Source: Pelagibacteraceae bacterium AG-349-L17
GTDB lineage: Bacteria > Pseudomonadota > Alphaproteobacteria > Pelagibacterales > Pelagibacteraceae
NCBI GenBank assembly: GCA_003278805.1
Contig: QCDC01000006.1
Coordinates: 24,646 to 88,645 of the forward strand
Length of the DNA stretch: 64,000 nucleotides
Reading direction: 5' to 3'
Shown: one piece after another, positions 1 through 9,277 of the stretch
Numbering within the stretch: position 1 is the first letter of the stretch
How the letters are laid out: every line of letters begins with the position of its first letter
Notes under the pieces: generated by a model
What the model was told of the DNA's origin: nothing
The model's database searches: none
Seen by the model: only the letters and a program-made list of their open reading frames with translations
Translations under genes and position numbers: made by a program

Positions 1-824
1 AAGTTCTTAATCTCGATTTTAGAAAAAAATATTCTTTTATTTCTAAACTTAATATCTATGATTTGGATCAATATTTTAATACAAGATTACCGAGAGACCA
101 CGTAAAAAAAGATAGCGATTATTTTGCTACACAATCATTGTGGAATTTAATTACTAATAAAAAAATTTTAGATGTTGTAGAAAAAATTTTGGGTAAAGAA
201 ATAATGTCAAATCCGGTTCAAAATACTAGAATTAAACAACCTGAAAAAAAATTACCAAAAGGATCAATTCATGACGGTTTAAGTGGGAGAACACCTTGGC
301 ATCAAGATGCTGCTGTTTTAAATTCTCGGGGACAAAAATTAACAGATATGGTCACAGTTTGGATTCCTTTTACTAAAACAACGAAGAAGAATGGATGCAT
401 GATTACAGTAAAAAAAATTAATAAAATGGGATTATTAAATCATATATCTGGATACAGGGGTCAAGTTGAATTAAAAAATAGTGAATTACTTGATGATATG
501 GAGCATATTTATTTGGAAGCAAATATTGGTGATGTAATATTGTTGCACAAACACTCTATACATTGTTCTTTACCAAATAGATCTGACGACTTTAGAATAA
601 GTGCTGACCTAAGATATAATATAGCTGGACAACCCTCTGGTAGAGAACCTCTTCCAAATTTCTATGTGAGAAGTAAAAATAAAAAAAATATTGAAATAAA
701 AAATTTCAAACAGTGGTTGGCTCTTTGGGAAAAAGCCAAAGAAAGTCGTGTTGGTAAATATGCTTTTAAATATCCACTGCCGACTTATAAAACAAATAAA
801 AGAGACTTATCAAAATTAATTTAA
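1..824 (+). CDS. Phytanoyl-CoA dioxygenase (PhyH) family Fe(II)/2-oxoglutarate oxygenase, 5' end outside the window
   Basis: The frame of ORF 63..824 stays open back to position 3, so the TTG at 63 is probably internal. TPWHQDAAV (HxD), HKHSIHCSLPN (distal His) and RISADLRY fit the PhyH pattern. Confidence 0.65.
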   Translation, partial: VLNLDFRKKYSFISKLNIYDLDQYFNTRLPRDHVKKDSDYFATQSLWNLITNKKILDVVEKILGKEIMSNPVQNTRIKQPEKKLPKGSIHDGLSGRTPWHQDAAVLNSRGQKLTDMVTVWIPFTKTTKKNGCMITVKKINKMGLLNHISGYRGQVELKNSELLDDMEHIYLEANIGDVILLHKHSIHCSLPNRSDDFRISADLRYNIAGQPSGREPLPNFYVRSKNKKNIEIKNFKQWLALWEKAKESRVGKYAFKYPLPTYKTNKRDLSKLI

Positions 825-826
825 TT

Positions 827-1978
827 TTATTTATTAAACTGAATCCATTTACTATTGTTTTTGCTTGAATCTAAAACAGTCTCTATAAACTTCATCCCTT
901 CGACTCCATCATAAATAGTTGGGTAACAGTCATCTAACTCGTCATATTTTTCATTATTTATTTGAGCATTTAATCTTTTAGAAACATCAGTATAAATATT
1001 TGCAAAACCTTCCAAATATCCCTCTGGATGACCTGGCGGAACTCTTGTAACGTCGTTAGCTTCTTTATTTGCACTGCCACTACCTCTTGTTATTTTTTCA
1101 GTAGGTTTTCCAAATTTTGTATAATACAAATAATTTGGATCTTCTTGTTTCCACTCTAACCCACCATTTTCACCATACACTCTGATTTTAAGATTATTTT
1201 CATTACCGACTGCAACTTGACTAGACCATATCGCACCTTTTGCACCGCCTTTAAATCTAAGCATGATTTGTGCATTATCGTCTAATTTTCGGCCTTTCAC
1301 AAAAGTATGAATGTCAGCTGATAACTCATCCAATTCTAACTCAGTTATAAATCTAATAAGATTAAATGCATGAGTTCCAATATCTCCTATGCAACCTCCT
1401 CCTCCTGATCTTTTAGGATCAGTTCTCCACTCAGCTTGTTTTAAACCAGTATCTTCAGCTTTTGTAGTTAACCAATCTTGAGGATATTCTGCTTGTATAA
1501 CTCTTATTTTTCCAAGATCACCTTTTTTAATAAGAGATCTTCCATGTCTTACCATTGGGTATCCAGTATAATTATGTGTTAAAGCAAAAATTATCTTTTT
1601 ATTTTCTATTATATCTTTAAGAGAATTTGCTTCCTCACTTGATAAGGCAAGAGGCTTATCACAAATAATGTGAATACCTTTTTCTGCAAAAATTTTTGCC
1701 ACTGGCACATGAAGATGATTAGGAGTTACAATAGAAACAACATCTATTCCATCTGAACGATCAGACTCTTTTTCTGCCATTTCCTGATAAGTTTCATAGA
1801 TACGTTCTTTTGACAATCCAAGTTTTCTTCCAGTTTCTTTTGAGTTATTAAAATCAGAAGAAAAACATCCTGCTACTAATTCGTAATGACCATCAAGTCT
1901 TAGCGCTATTCTGTGAACACCTCCAATAAAAGCGCCTTCTCCTCCGCCAACCATTCCGATACGGATTTTTCTTTGCAC
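827..1978 (-). CDS. Gfo/Idh/MocA family NAD(P)-dependent oxidoreductase
   Basis: N-terminal Rossmann motif IRIGMVGGGEGAFIGGVHR and a CDKPLA-type motif (IICDKPLALS). GTG start overlaps the stop of the upstream gene (TAGTG). Confidence 0.8.
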   Translation of the reverse strand: MQRKIRIGMVGGGEGAFIGGVHRIALRLDGHYELVAGCFSSDFNNSKETGRKLGLSKERIYETYQEMAEKESDRSDGIDVVSIVTPNHLHVPVAKIFAEKGIHIICDKPLALSSEEANSLKDIIENKKIIFALTHNYTGYPMVRHGRSLIKKGDLGKIRVIQAEYPQDWLTTKAEDTGLKQAEWRTDPKRSGGGGCIGDIGTHAFNLIRFITELELDELSADIHTFVKGRKLDDNAQIMLRFKGGAKGAIWSSQVAVGNENNLKIRVYGENGGLEWKQEDPNYLYYTKFGKPTEKITRGSGSANKEANDVTRVPPGHPEGYLEGFANIYTDVSKRLNAQINNEKYDELDDCYPTIYDGVEGMKFIETVLDSSKNNSKWIQFNK

Positions 1979-3033
1979 TAATTTATACCTAGCATTTTTT
2001 TATTAGCATCAATATCAGCACCACTTCCTGCAAAATCATCAAATGCTTTTTCTGTAGTGTTGATAATATGATTTTTAATAAATTCAGCTCCTTCTCTTGC
2101 ACCATCTTCTGGATGTTTTAAACAGCACTCCCATTCAAGAACTGCCCAACCATCATAACCGTATGAAGTAAATTTTGAAAAAATTGATTTAAAATCTACT
2201 TGTCCATCACCGAGGGATCTAAATCTACCCGCTCTGTTAACCCAAGATTGAAAACCACCGTACACTCCTTGTTTTCCAGAAGGATTTAACTCTGCATCTT
2301 TAACATGAAACATTTTTATTTTTTCATGATAAATGTCTATATGAGCTAAGTAATCTAAATTCTGTAAGACATAATGACTAGGATCATAAAGCATATTGCA
2401 TCTTTTATGGTTACCAACTTTTTCTAAAAACATTTCAAATGTAATGCCATCATGTAGATCTTCTCCTGGATGTATCTCGTAACAGAGATCAACTCCATTT
2501 TGATCAAATTGATCAAGAATTGGTTTCCATCGATTTGAAAGCTCATTAAATGCATTTTCAATTAATCCTTCAGGTCTTTGTGGCCAAGGATAAACATAAG
2601 GCCAAGCAAGTGCTCCTGAAAAAGTAACATGCCTATCTAGCCCAAGATTTTTTGAGGCCTTAGCTGCCATCATTAATTGATTTACTGCCCACTCTTGTCT
2701 TGCTTTTGGATTTCCTCTAACCTCAGGTGCTGCAAATCCATCAAATGCTGTGTCGTAAGCTGGGTGTACTGCAACCAACTGTCCTTGAAGATGTGTTGAT
2801 AGTTCTGTGATTTCAAGATTATATTTATTTGTTACGCCTTTGATTTCATCACAATAATCTTTGCTTTCAGACGCTTTCTTCAGATCAATTAATCTAGCAT
2901 CCCAACTTGGAATTTGAACACCTTTATAACCTAATGAAGATACCCACCTACAAATATTATCTAAAGAATTGAATGGCGCATCTTCACCTACAAATTGTGC
3001 TAGGAAAATTGCAGGACCTTTTATATTGTTCAT
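1978..3033 (-). CDS. Sugar phosphate isomerase/epimerase (xylose-isomerase-like TIM barrel)
   Basis: 351 aa with typical family length and composition (YEIHPGEDLHD, FHVKD, LEWEC metal-ligand-like motifs). Translationally coupled to the downstream Gfo/Idh/MocA gene. Confidence 0.7.
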   Translation of the reverse strand: MNNIKGPAIFLAQFVGEDAPFNSLDNICRWVSSLGYKGVQIPSWDARLIDLKKASESKDYCDEIKGVTNKYNLEITELSTHLQGQLVAVHPAYDTAFDGFAAPEVRGNPKARQEWAVNQLMMAAKASKNLGLDRHVTFSGALAWPYVYPWPQRPEGLIENAFNELSNRWKPILDQFDQNGVDLCYEIHPGEDLHDGITFEMFLEKVGNHKRCNMLYDPSHYVLQNLDYLAHIDIYHEKIKMFHVKDAELNPSGKQGVYGGFQSWVNRAGRFRSLGDGQVDFKSIFSKFTSYGYDGWAVLEWECCLKHPEDGAREGAEFIKNHIINTTEKAFDDFAGSGADIDANKKMLGIN

Positions 3034-3150
3034 TATCTCCCCTCTCTCTTTGAATTTTTCAACAATTTATTTTATATAAAAAAAATACTAGCAGGCACAA
3101 CTCATCTTGGGTAGACTATTCTTAAGAAAAATAAACTAAGAGGAGATAAA

Positions 3151-4455
3151 ATGAAAAAAATAATGATTTTATTGTTTGTTTCTCTATTTTCGTTCTCTGT
3201 AAATTCAAATGCTAAATCTATAACATTAGGATGGGCCGCTTGGGACCCAGCTAATGCTTTGCAAGAGTTAACTAAAGAATTTACAGCTGAAACTGGAATA
3301 GAGGTTAACTTTGAGTTTGTACCTTGGCCAAATTTTGCTGACCGTATGTTAAATGAACTTAACAACAAAGGTAAAACTTTTGACTTATTAATTGGTGACT
3401 CACAATGGATCGGTGCTGGTGCTGTTTATGGACATTACGTAAAGTTGAATGACTTCTTTGATAAAGAGGGAATTTCAATGAGTGATTTCTCGCCAGCTAC
3501 AGTTTATGCATATTCGACTTGGCCTAAAGGTAGTGAAAATTACTACGCATTACCTGCTATGGGAGATGCATTAGCTTGGGCTTATAGAAAAGACTGGTTT
3601 GATAGACCAGAACTTAAATCAGAGTTCAAAAAGAAACACGGATATGATCTAGGAGTTCCTGCTAACTGGAATCAACTATATGATATGTGTACGTTCTTCC
3701 AAGGAAGAGAAATTGATGGTCAAAAAAGATATGGGGCTGCAATTAATACAGAACGTGGATCAGAGGGTATAACAATGGGTGTTACAGCTGCTATGTATGC
3801 ATGGGGTATGGAATATGAAAATCCTAACAAACCATACGATATGGAAGGATATTTCAATTCACCACAAGCTGTAGAAGCAGTTGAGTTTTATAGAAAGTTA
3901 TATGAAGACTGCGCACCTCCAGGACACTCTGATGCTTACATGGTTGCAAACTTAGATGCTTATAAATCAGGGCAAGTTGCATTTCAAATGAACTGGTATG
4001 CTTTCTGGCCTGGTGTTTCTAAAGAAGACAGTGGTGGAAGAGTTAGTGGATTCTTTGCAAATCCAAAACAAAATGTTGCAGCTGCAACATTAGGTGGTCA
4101 AGGAATATCTGTTGTTAAATACTCAGATAAACAAGATCTTGCTCTAGAATACATTAAGTGGTTTGCAAGACCGGATGTTCAACAAAAATGGTGGGATCTA
4201 GGTGGATATTCATGTCACAATGATGTTTTAAATTCACCATCATTTCCAACATCTACAGTTTATGCACAAGGGTTCTTGGACTCAATGGGAATTGTCAAAG
4301 ATTTTTGGCAAGAACCAACATTCGTTGAGTTAATGCTTCCTATGCAAGAAGCAATTCATGACTATGTTGTTAATGGAAAAGGTACTGCTAAAGAAGCTCT
4401 AGATAAAATTATCGAAGAGTGGGTAGAAGTGTTCGAAGCAGACGGGAAACTTTAA
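3151..4455 (+). CDS. ABC transporter substrate-binding protein (family 1, sugar/polyol type)
   Basis: Signal peptide MKKIMILLFVSLFSFSVNSNA and a W-rich mature protein of ~410 aa. SD aagaggag sits 7 nt upstream. It heads a permease/ATPase operon. Confidence 0.85.
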   Translation: MKKIMILLFVSLFSFSVNSNAKSITLGWAAWDPANALQELTKEFTAETGIEVNFEFVPWPNFADRMLNELNNKGKTFDLLIGDSQWIGAGAVYGHYVKLNDFFDKEGISMSDFSPATVYAYSTWPKGSENYYALPAMGDALAWAYRKDWFDRPELKSEFKKKHGYDLGVPANWNQLYDMCTFFQGREIDGQKRYGAAINTERGSEGITMGVTAAMYAWGMEYENPNKPYDMEGYFNSPQAVEAVEFYRKLYEDCAPPGHSDAYMVANLDAYKSGQVAFQMNWYAFWPGVSKEDSGGRVSGFFANPKQNVAAATLGGQGISVVKYSDKQDLALEYIKWFARPDVQQKWWDLGGYSCHNDVLNSPSFPTSTVYAQGFLDSMGIVKDFWQEPTFVELMLPMQEAIHDYVVNGKGTAKEALDKIIEEWVEVFEADGKL

Positions 4456-4481
4456 CATTAATAGTTAAGAAATTAAAAATT

Positions 4482-4508
4482 AGGGGGGGTTGAACCTCCC
4501 CTTTTTTT
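4482..4508 (+). terminator. Intrinsic terminator/attenuator hairpin between the SBP and permease genes
   Basis: aGGGGGGG-ttgaa-CCTCCCCt stem (8 bp with one G-U) followed by T7. It is the only GC-rich hairpin plus U-tract I found in the window. Confidence 0.55.
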
Positions 4509-4521
4509 ATTAAAAATTCAT

Positions 4522-5421
4522 ATGAGCGTTAAAAAAAAATTCAAAGGACTTTCTGATAAAGCTGTAGGTTGGCTTTTTATTGGACCAACTGTACTTCTGC
4601 TGCTAGCTATTAATATTTATCCATTGGTCTATGCAATCAAAATGTCTTTTACAAATTTTTACGCAAATAAAATTGGAAGAGAACCTCAATTTGTTGGTTT
4701 AAAAAATTATATTAAAGTTCTTAATAAAGAAGCCATATGGGAAAAAATGCAAGTTACAGCAAGCTTTATGTTTTGGACTTTGTTACTTCAAGCAATTATA
4801 GGTTTAGGTTTAGCTTTACTTCTAAACAGAAAATTCAAAGGTAATGAACTACTTACAACATTAATTGTTTTACCCATGATGTTATCACCTGCAGTCGTAG
4901 GGGTATTTTGGACTTATCTTTATAACCCTCAGGTAGGTTTATTTAATTACGTAGTTAATTTTTTTTATGACTTAGGAAGCTTTGACATGATTGGTTCAAG
5001 TACGCTTGCTCCTTGGGCTATTGTTATTGTTGATACATGGATGTGGACACCTTTTACAATGTTAATTTGCTTAGCAGGTCTAAGATCTGTTCCAAATTAT
5101 TTATATGAAGCTGCAGAAGTTGATAGAGCCAGTAAATGGCAGCAATTCATATATATTACTTTGCCTTCTGTTCTACCATTTTTATTACTAGCTCTACTTT
5201 TTAGAGGGATTGAGAATTTCAAAATGTTTGACATGGTTGTTGAGCTAACCTCTGGTGGTCCTGGCTCTGCTACAGAGCTTGCTTCAATTAACTTAAAAAG
5301 AGAAGCGTTTGAAAAATGGAAAACAGGTTACAGTTCAGCATTTGCTGTTATTCTTTTTGTTACCATATTTGGTTTCGGAAATGTCTACGTAAAAGTAATG
5401 AATAAAATAAAGGAACGCTGA
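4522..5421 (+). CDS. ABC transporter permease (MalF/UgpA-like)
   Basis: Six predicted TM segments and an EAA-like loop YEAAEVDRASKWQQFIYITLP. Confidence 0.85.
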   Translation: MSVKKKFKGLSDKAVGWLFIGPTVLLLLAINIYPLVYAIKMSFTNFYANKIGREPQFVGLKNYIKVLNKEAIWEKMQVTASFMFWTLLLQAIIGLGLALLLNRKFKGNELLTTLIVLPMMLSPAVVGVFWTYLYNPQVGLFNYVVNFFYDLGSFDMIGSSTLAPWAIVIVDTWMWTPFTMLICLAGLRSVPNYLYEAAEVDRASKWQQFIYITLPSVLPFLLLALLFRGIENFKMFDMVVELTSGGPGSATELASINLKREAFEKWKTGYSSAFAVILFVTIFGFGNVYVKVMNKIKER

Positions 5422-6365
5422 TGGATACTTCTAGATCATATTTGGAACCTTCGTCTTTTTCAAAAAAAATGGCTGCTGCTATTATCATAGTTTATGCTGT
5501 AATTACTTTAATACCAATATCTTGGATGGTAATGACGAGTTTTAAAAATGTTGATAGTGCTATTTCATATCCACCCGAAGTTCTTTTTGAACCATCACTA
5601 GAGGGATATGTTAACTTGTTTACTAATAGGTCAAGACAGTCAAAAGAATACCTTGATTCATTACCTCCCCCAAAAAATTGGTATGAAGAACTAGTTAGAA
5701 GTAGAGAAATGGTTATAACAGGACCATCAAAGTTTTTGGGTAGATACTCAAATTCAATGATAATTGGATTTGGTTCAACATTTGCATCTGTATTTTTAGG
5801 AGCATTGGCTGCATATGCGTTTTCAAGGTTTAGGGTACCTTTAAAAGATGATTTATTATTTTTTATTCTTTCGACCAGGATGTTTCCCCCAATAGCAGTG
5901 GCTGTTCCTATATTTATTATGTATAGAAAATTAGGTCTTGGGGATACTCACCTTGGAATGATCATATTGTATACGGTTGTAAACTTAAGTTTAGCAGTAT
6001 GGTTATTAAAAGGATTTATGGATGAAATTCCTAAAGAATATGAAGAAGCAGCTATGATTGATGGATATTCTAGACTTCAAGCTTTCTTTAAAGTTGTCCT
6101 TCCACAAGCAATGACAGGTATAGCTGCAACCGCAATTTTTTGTATGATTTTTTCATGGAACGAATACGCTTTTGCTGTTTTACTAACCCAATTCAATGCA
6201 CAAACAGCTCCACCATTTATTCCTACAATCATCGGAGAAGGAGGTCTTGATTGGCCAGCAATTGGTGCCGGAACAACTTTATTTCTATTACCTGTTATGA
6301 TTTTTACAATAATTTTAAGAAAACATCTTTTAAGAGGTATTACCTTTGGAGCAGTCAGAAAATAA
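5421..6365 (+). CDS. ABC transporter permease (MalG/UgpE-like)
   Basis: EAA loop YEEAAMIDGYSRLQAFFKVVLP. TGATG overlap with the upstream permease. Confidence 0.85.
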   Translation: MDTSRSYLEPSSFSKKMAAAIIIVYAVITLIPISWMVMTSFKNVDSAISYPPEVLFEPSLEGYVNLFTNRSRQSKEYLDSLPPPKNWYEELVRSREMVITGPSKFLGRYSNSMIIGFGSTFASVFLGALAAYAFSRFRVPLKDDLLFFILSTRMFPPIAVAVPIFIMYRKLGLGDTHLGMIILYTVVNLSLAVWLLKGFMDEIPKEYEEAAMIDGYSRLQAFFKVVLPQAMTGIAATAIFCMIFSWNEYAFAVLLTQFNAQTAPPFIPTIIGEGGLDWPAIGAGTTLFLLPVMIFTIILRKHLLRGITFGAVRK

Positions 6366-6556
6366 TGCAAGAAGAAAAGTCATTAATGAGAAAAATATTT
6401 AGAAGAGTTTACTGGGAAAACTTATCAACGATATTAATTTTAATTGGGGTTTTCATGTTGTTACAACCATTTGCGATGTGGATGTTTACTTATTCTTTTA
6501 TTGTAATTTTAGTAGGAACTATAGGTTTCATAATCACAAGCCACTTTCCAGATTAA
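6365..6556 (+). CDS. Small (63 aa) two-TM membrane protein inside the ABC operon
   Basis: The ATG at 6365 overlaps the permease stop (TAATG). Product is MQEEKSLMRKIFRRVYWENLSTILILIGVFMLLQPFAMWMFTYSFIVILVGTIGFIITSHFPD, and it ends 1 nt before the ATPase gene. The 101-aa version in the ORF track (6251) runs inside the permease gene. Confidence 0.5.
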   Translation: MQEEKSLMRKIFRRVYWENLSTILILIGVFMLLQPFAMWMFTYSFIVILVGTIGFIITSHFPD

Positions 6557-6557
6557 T

Positions 6558-7640
6558 ATGTCTCAAATTAAAATAGTAAATTTACAAAAATCATTTGGAG
6601 ATTTTACTGCAGTTAAAAATTCTAATTTAACGATTAATGATAAAGAGTTCTTTGTTTTACTTGGACCCTCTGGTTGTGGAAAAACTACAACACTTCGAAT
6701 GATTGCAGGATTAGAATTACCAACATCTGGTGAGATATATCTTGGAGATGAAGAGGTTGGAATGTTAAGAGCATCAGAAAGAGATATTGCTTTTGTTTTT
6801 CAATTATTTGCTCTCTATCCACACATGAATGTAAGAAACAACTTATCATTTCCCCTAAAAATGCAAGGTTATAAAAAAGGTGATATAAAGAGTAGAGTTG
6901 AAGAGGCAGCAAAACTTTTAAGAATTGATCATATTTTAAATTCTAACATTTCCTCTCTTTCAGGTGGAGATAGACAAAGAGTAGCTTTAGGTAGAGCACT
7001 AGTTAGAAGACCAAAAGCATTTTTAATGGACGAGCCGTTGGGGACTTTGGATGCTGAATTTAGAGAATTAATGTGTCTAGAATTAAAAAAACTACATTTA
7101 GATATTGGAGCAACCACAGTTTATGTAACTCATGATCAATTAGAAGCAATGTCATTAGCTGACCGAATTGCAGTTATGGATGGTGGTGAAATATTACAAG
7201 CTGATGAGCCTAATATTATTTACAATAAACCTAAAACTAAATTTGTGGCCTCATTTATAGGATCTCCAGGTATGAACTTTTTTGAAGTTAATGAGGGGAT
7301 ATCTAAAGATCAATCTTTTGTAAATATCGAAGGAGCTAAATTTGAAATTCCCAAACAACTTGAGGAGTCAAAAGGAAGTAAAAATTTCTTTGGTATTCGT
7401 CCAGAAAATTTAACTCTAAATAATAGTGAAGGTCTAAAAGGTTCAGTTTTTGGAGTAGAGTATTTAGGATCAAGAAAAATAATTACAGTTAAAACTAGTT
7501 TAGGTGAAATCAAAGTTAAAACAGATATTTCTGTTAACGTTAAATTGAGTGAAAATGTGCAGGTTAAACCTTTAAATAATAATATTATTATTTTTGACGG
7601 TCAGACGGACAAATCTTTAAACAGTGAGTTTATAAAATAA
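6558..7640 (+). CDS. ABC transporter ATP-binding protein (MalK/UgpC type), copy 1
   Basis: Walker A GPSGCGKTT, signature LSGGDRQRVALGRAL, Walker B FLMDEPLGTLD, H-loop VTHDQ. Confidence 0.9.
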   Translation: MSQIKIVNLQKSFGDFTAVKNSNLTINDKEFFVLLGPSGCGKTTTLRMIAGLELPTSGEIYLGDEEVGMLRASERDIAFVFQLFALYPHMNVRNNLSFPLKMQGYKKGDIKSRVEEAAKLLRIDHILNSNISSLSGGDRQRVALGRALVRRPKAFLMDEPLGTLDAEFRELMCLELKKLHLDIGATTVYVTHDQLEAMSLADRIAVMDGGEILQADEPNIIYNKPKTKFVASFIGSPGMNFFEVNEGISKDQSFVNIEGAKFEIPKQLEESKGSKNFFGIRPENLTLNNSEGLKGSVFGVEYLGSRKIITVKTSLGEIKVKTDISVNVKLSENVQVKPLNNNIIIFDGQTDKSLNSEFIK

Positions 7641-8650
7641 TGGCAAAAGTAGAATTAAAAAACTTATTTAAAACTTATAATAAAAAAATTAGAGCTTTGG
7701 AGGATATTAATCTTACAATTGAAGATGGTCAATTTTTTGTATTACTAGGTCCATCTGGTGCTGGAAAAACTACAACACTTAGATGTATAGCTGGTTTAGA
7801 AAAAATTGATTCTGGAGATGTGTTATTTAATGATGAAAATATAACTGATGATCAACCTGCTTCTAGAGATGTGTCTTTTGTTTTTCAACAATACTCTCTT
7901 TATCCTCATTATACTGTTTATGAAAATCTAGCTTTTCCTTTGAGGTCTCCAATGAGAAAGCTTCCTGAGGAAGAAATAAAAAATAAAGTAGAGAAAATTG
8001 CGGAAATGCTCAAAATTACAAACAAATTAAAAAATAAAGCAACTGAACTTTCTGGTGGAGAAATGCAAAGGGTAGCTATTGGTAGAGCTCTAGTTCGTGA
8101 ACCAAATATTTATTTAATGGATGAGCCGCTTTCCTCATTAGATGCTAAACTAAGAGAAACTCTTAGAGTTGAATTAAAAAACATTCAATTAAATCTAAAC
8201 GCTACTATTTTATATGTCACACATGATCAGGCTGAAGCAACGACATTGGCAGATAAAATTGGGGTTTTAAAAGAGGGCAAAATTGTTCAAATTGGAACTC
8301 CTGAAGAAATTTATGAAAATCCAAATTCAATATATGTGTCGCAAAGATTAGGTTCACCAAAAATAAATATTTTACCAGGTTCTTTGTTTAAACTAGATAA
8401 CAAAATACCAAAAGTTGGTCTTAGACCAGAAAATATAGAATTAGGTAATGGACCATACGAAGGAAAGGTTATTTCTACAGAAAATTTAGGTTCAGAAACA
8501 GTTGTGGCTATTAATTTTCAAGACAATGAAATATTAGCTTCAGTTCAAGGTAACTACAAATCATCAATAAATGAAAAGATTAATTTTGACATTAATACAA
8601 ATAAAGTTTTAAAATTTGATAACGGGGATCAAAGAATCTATGAGCGTTAA
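7640..8650 (+). CDS. ABC transporter ATP-binding protein (MalK/UgpC type), copy 2
   Basis: Walker A GPSGAGKTT, LSGGEMQRVAIGRAL, YLMDEPLSSLD, VTHDQ. TAATG overlap with copy 1. Confidence 0.9.
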   Translation: MAKVELKNLFKTYNKKIRALEDINLTIEDGQFFVLLGPSGAGKTTTLRCIAGLEKIDSGDVLFNDENITDDQPASRDVSFVFQQYSLYPHYTVYENLAFPLRSPMRKLPEEEIKNKVEKIAEMLKITNKLKNKATELSGGEMQRVAIGRALVREPNIYLMDEPLSSLDAKLRETLRVELKNIQLNLNATILYVTHDQAEATTLADKIGVLKEGKIVQIGTPEEIYENPNSIYVSQRLGSPKINILPGSLFKLDNKIPKVGLRPENIELGNGPYEGKVISTENLGSETVVAINFQDNEILASVQGNYKSSINEKINFDINTNKVLKFDNGDQRIYER

Positions 8651-9269
8651 TTTTTTAATTTCTCAAGCAAAAAATATTCAAATAGTCATTGACGAAAATG
8701 CAGCGGAAATTGAAGCATTAGATCAAAATATTGGGGACGGGGATCATATATTTAATGTGCAAAGAGGTCTTAAGTTAGTAGTTGAGCTTGAAAATGATAT
8801 TAAAAACTTACCTGTGCAAAAAGGTTTAAATATGATTGCTATGAAAGTCTTGTCAGGTATTGGCGGTTCCTCTGGAGCTTTGTTTGGAACTTTCTTTATG
8901 TCTATGGCTAAAACACCAAATTTAGATGGAAATATAGATTTTAACAAAGCATGTGAAATGGTTATAACAGGAATTAATGCAATGAAGGAAAGAGGAAAAG
9001 CGGATGTTGGAGAAAAAACAATGATGGATGTTTTAATTCCAGTATCAAAAAAACTTAATGAATTAAAAAGTGGCAATACGGATATAAATGAAGGGTTAAG
9101 TGAGATAATAAAAATTGCTGAAGATAGAATGTTGGCAACAAAAGACATGCTTGCTACTAAAGGTAGAGCTTCATTTTTAGGAGAACGTGCGAAAGGTCAT
9201 ATAGATCCAGGGGCTCGTTCATCACAACTTATAATAGATACAATATGCAAATCACTAATTAATAAATAG
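8640..9269 (+). CDS. dhaL: Dihydroxyacetone kinase, ADP-binding subunit DhaL
   Basis: LDQNIGDGDH motif, helical ~210 aa protein and GRASFLGERAKGHIDPGA C-terminal motif. I prefer the ATG at 8640 (11-nt overlap with the ATPase) over the track's 8616 start. Confidence 0.8.
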   Translation: MSVNFLISQAKNIQIVIDENAAEIEALDQNIGDGDHIFNVQRGLKLVVELENDIKNLPVQKGLNMIAMKVLSGIGGSSGALFGTFFMSMAKTPNLDGNIDFNKACEMVITGINAMKERGKADVGEKTMMDVLIPVSKKLNELKSGNTDINEGLSEIIKIAEDRMLATKDMLATKGRASFLGERAKGHIDPGARSSQLIIDTICKSLINK

Positions 9270-9277
9270 GAGGAAAT

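Noticed and set aside
3102-3368. Many 60-136 aa ORFs in the track lie antisense or out of frame inside well-supported genes. Examples: 3102..3368, 6077..6370, 6685..6912, 6929..7117, 7310..7513, 8744..9148, 9619..9873, 10560..10745, 10986..11198, 12033..12248, 13545..13868, 15897..16115, 17682..17909, 20108..20302, 22527..22748, 23242..23424, 26860..27150, 28453..28725, 29101..29313, 30129..30311, 32022..32210, 33387..33605, 35807..36217, 40399..40593, 40978..41193, 43499..43774, 46827..47153, 47963..48157, 48461..48664, 51339..51569, 53327..53626, 54845..55180, 57393..57602, 57654..57875, 58074..58337, 58798..59004, 59218..59424, 59846..60040, 60617..60802, 61597..61800.
   Set aside because: Each is fully embedded in a conserved, motif-bearing gene on the other strand or frame. 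Their products are low-complexity (S/F/L/I/K-rich), as expected from reading AT-rich coding DNA in the wrong frame, and none has a recognisable motif or SD.
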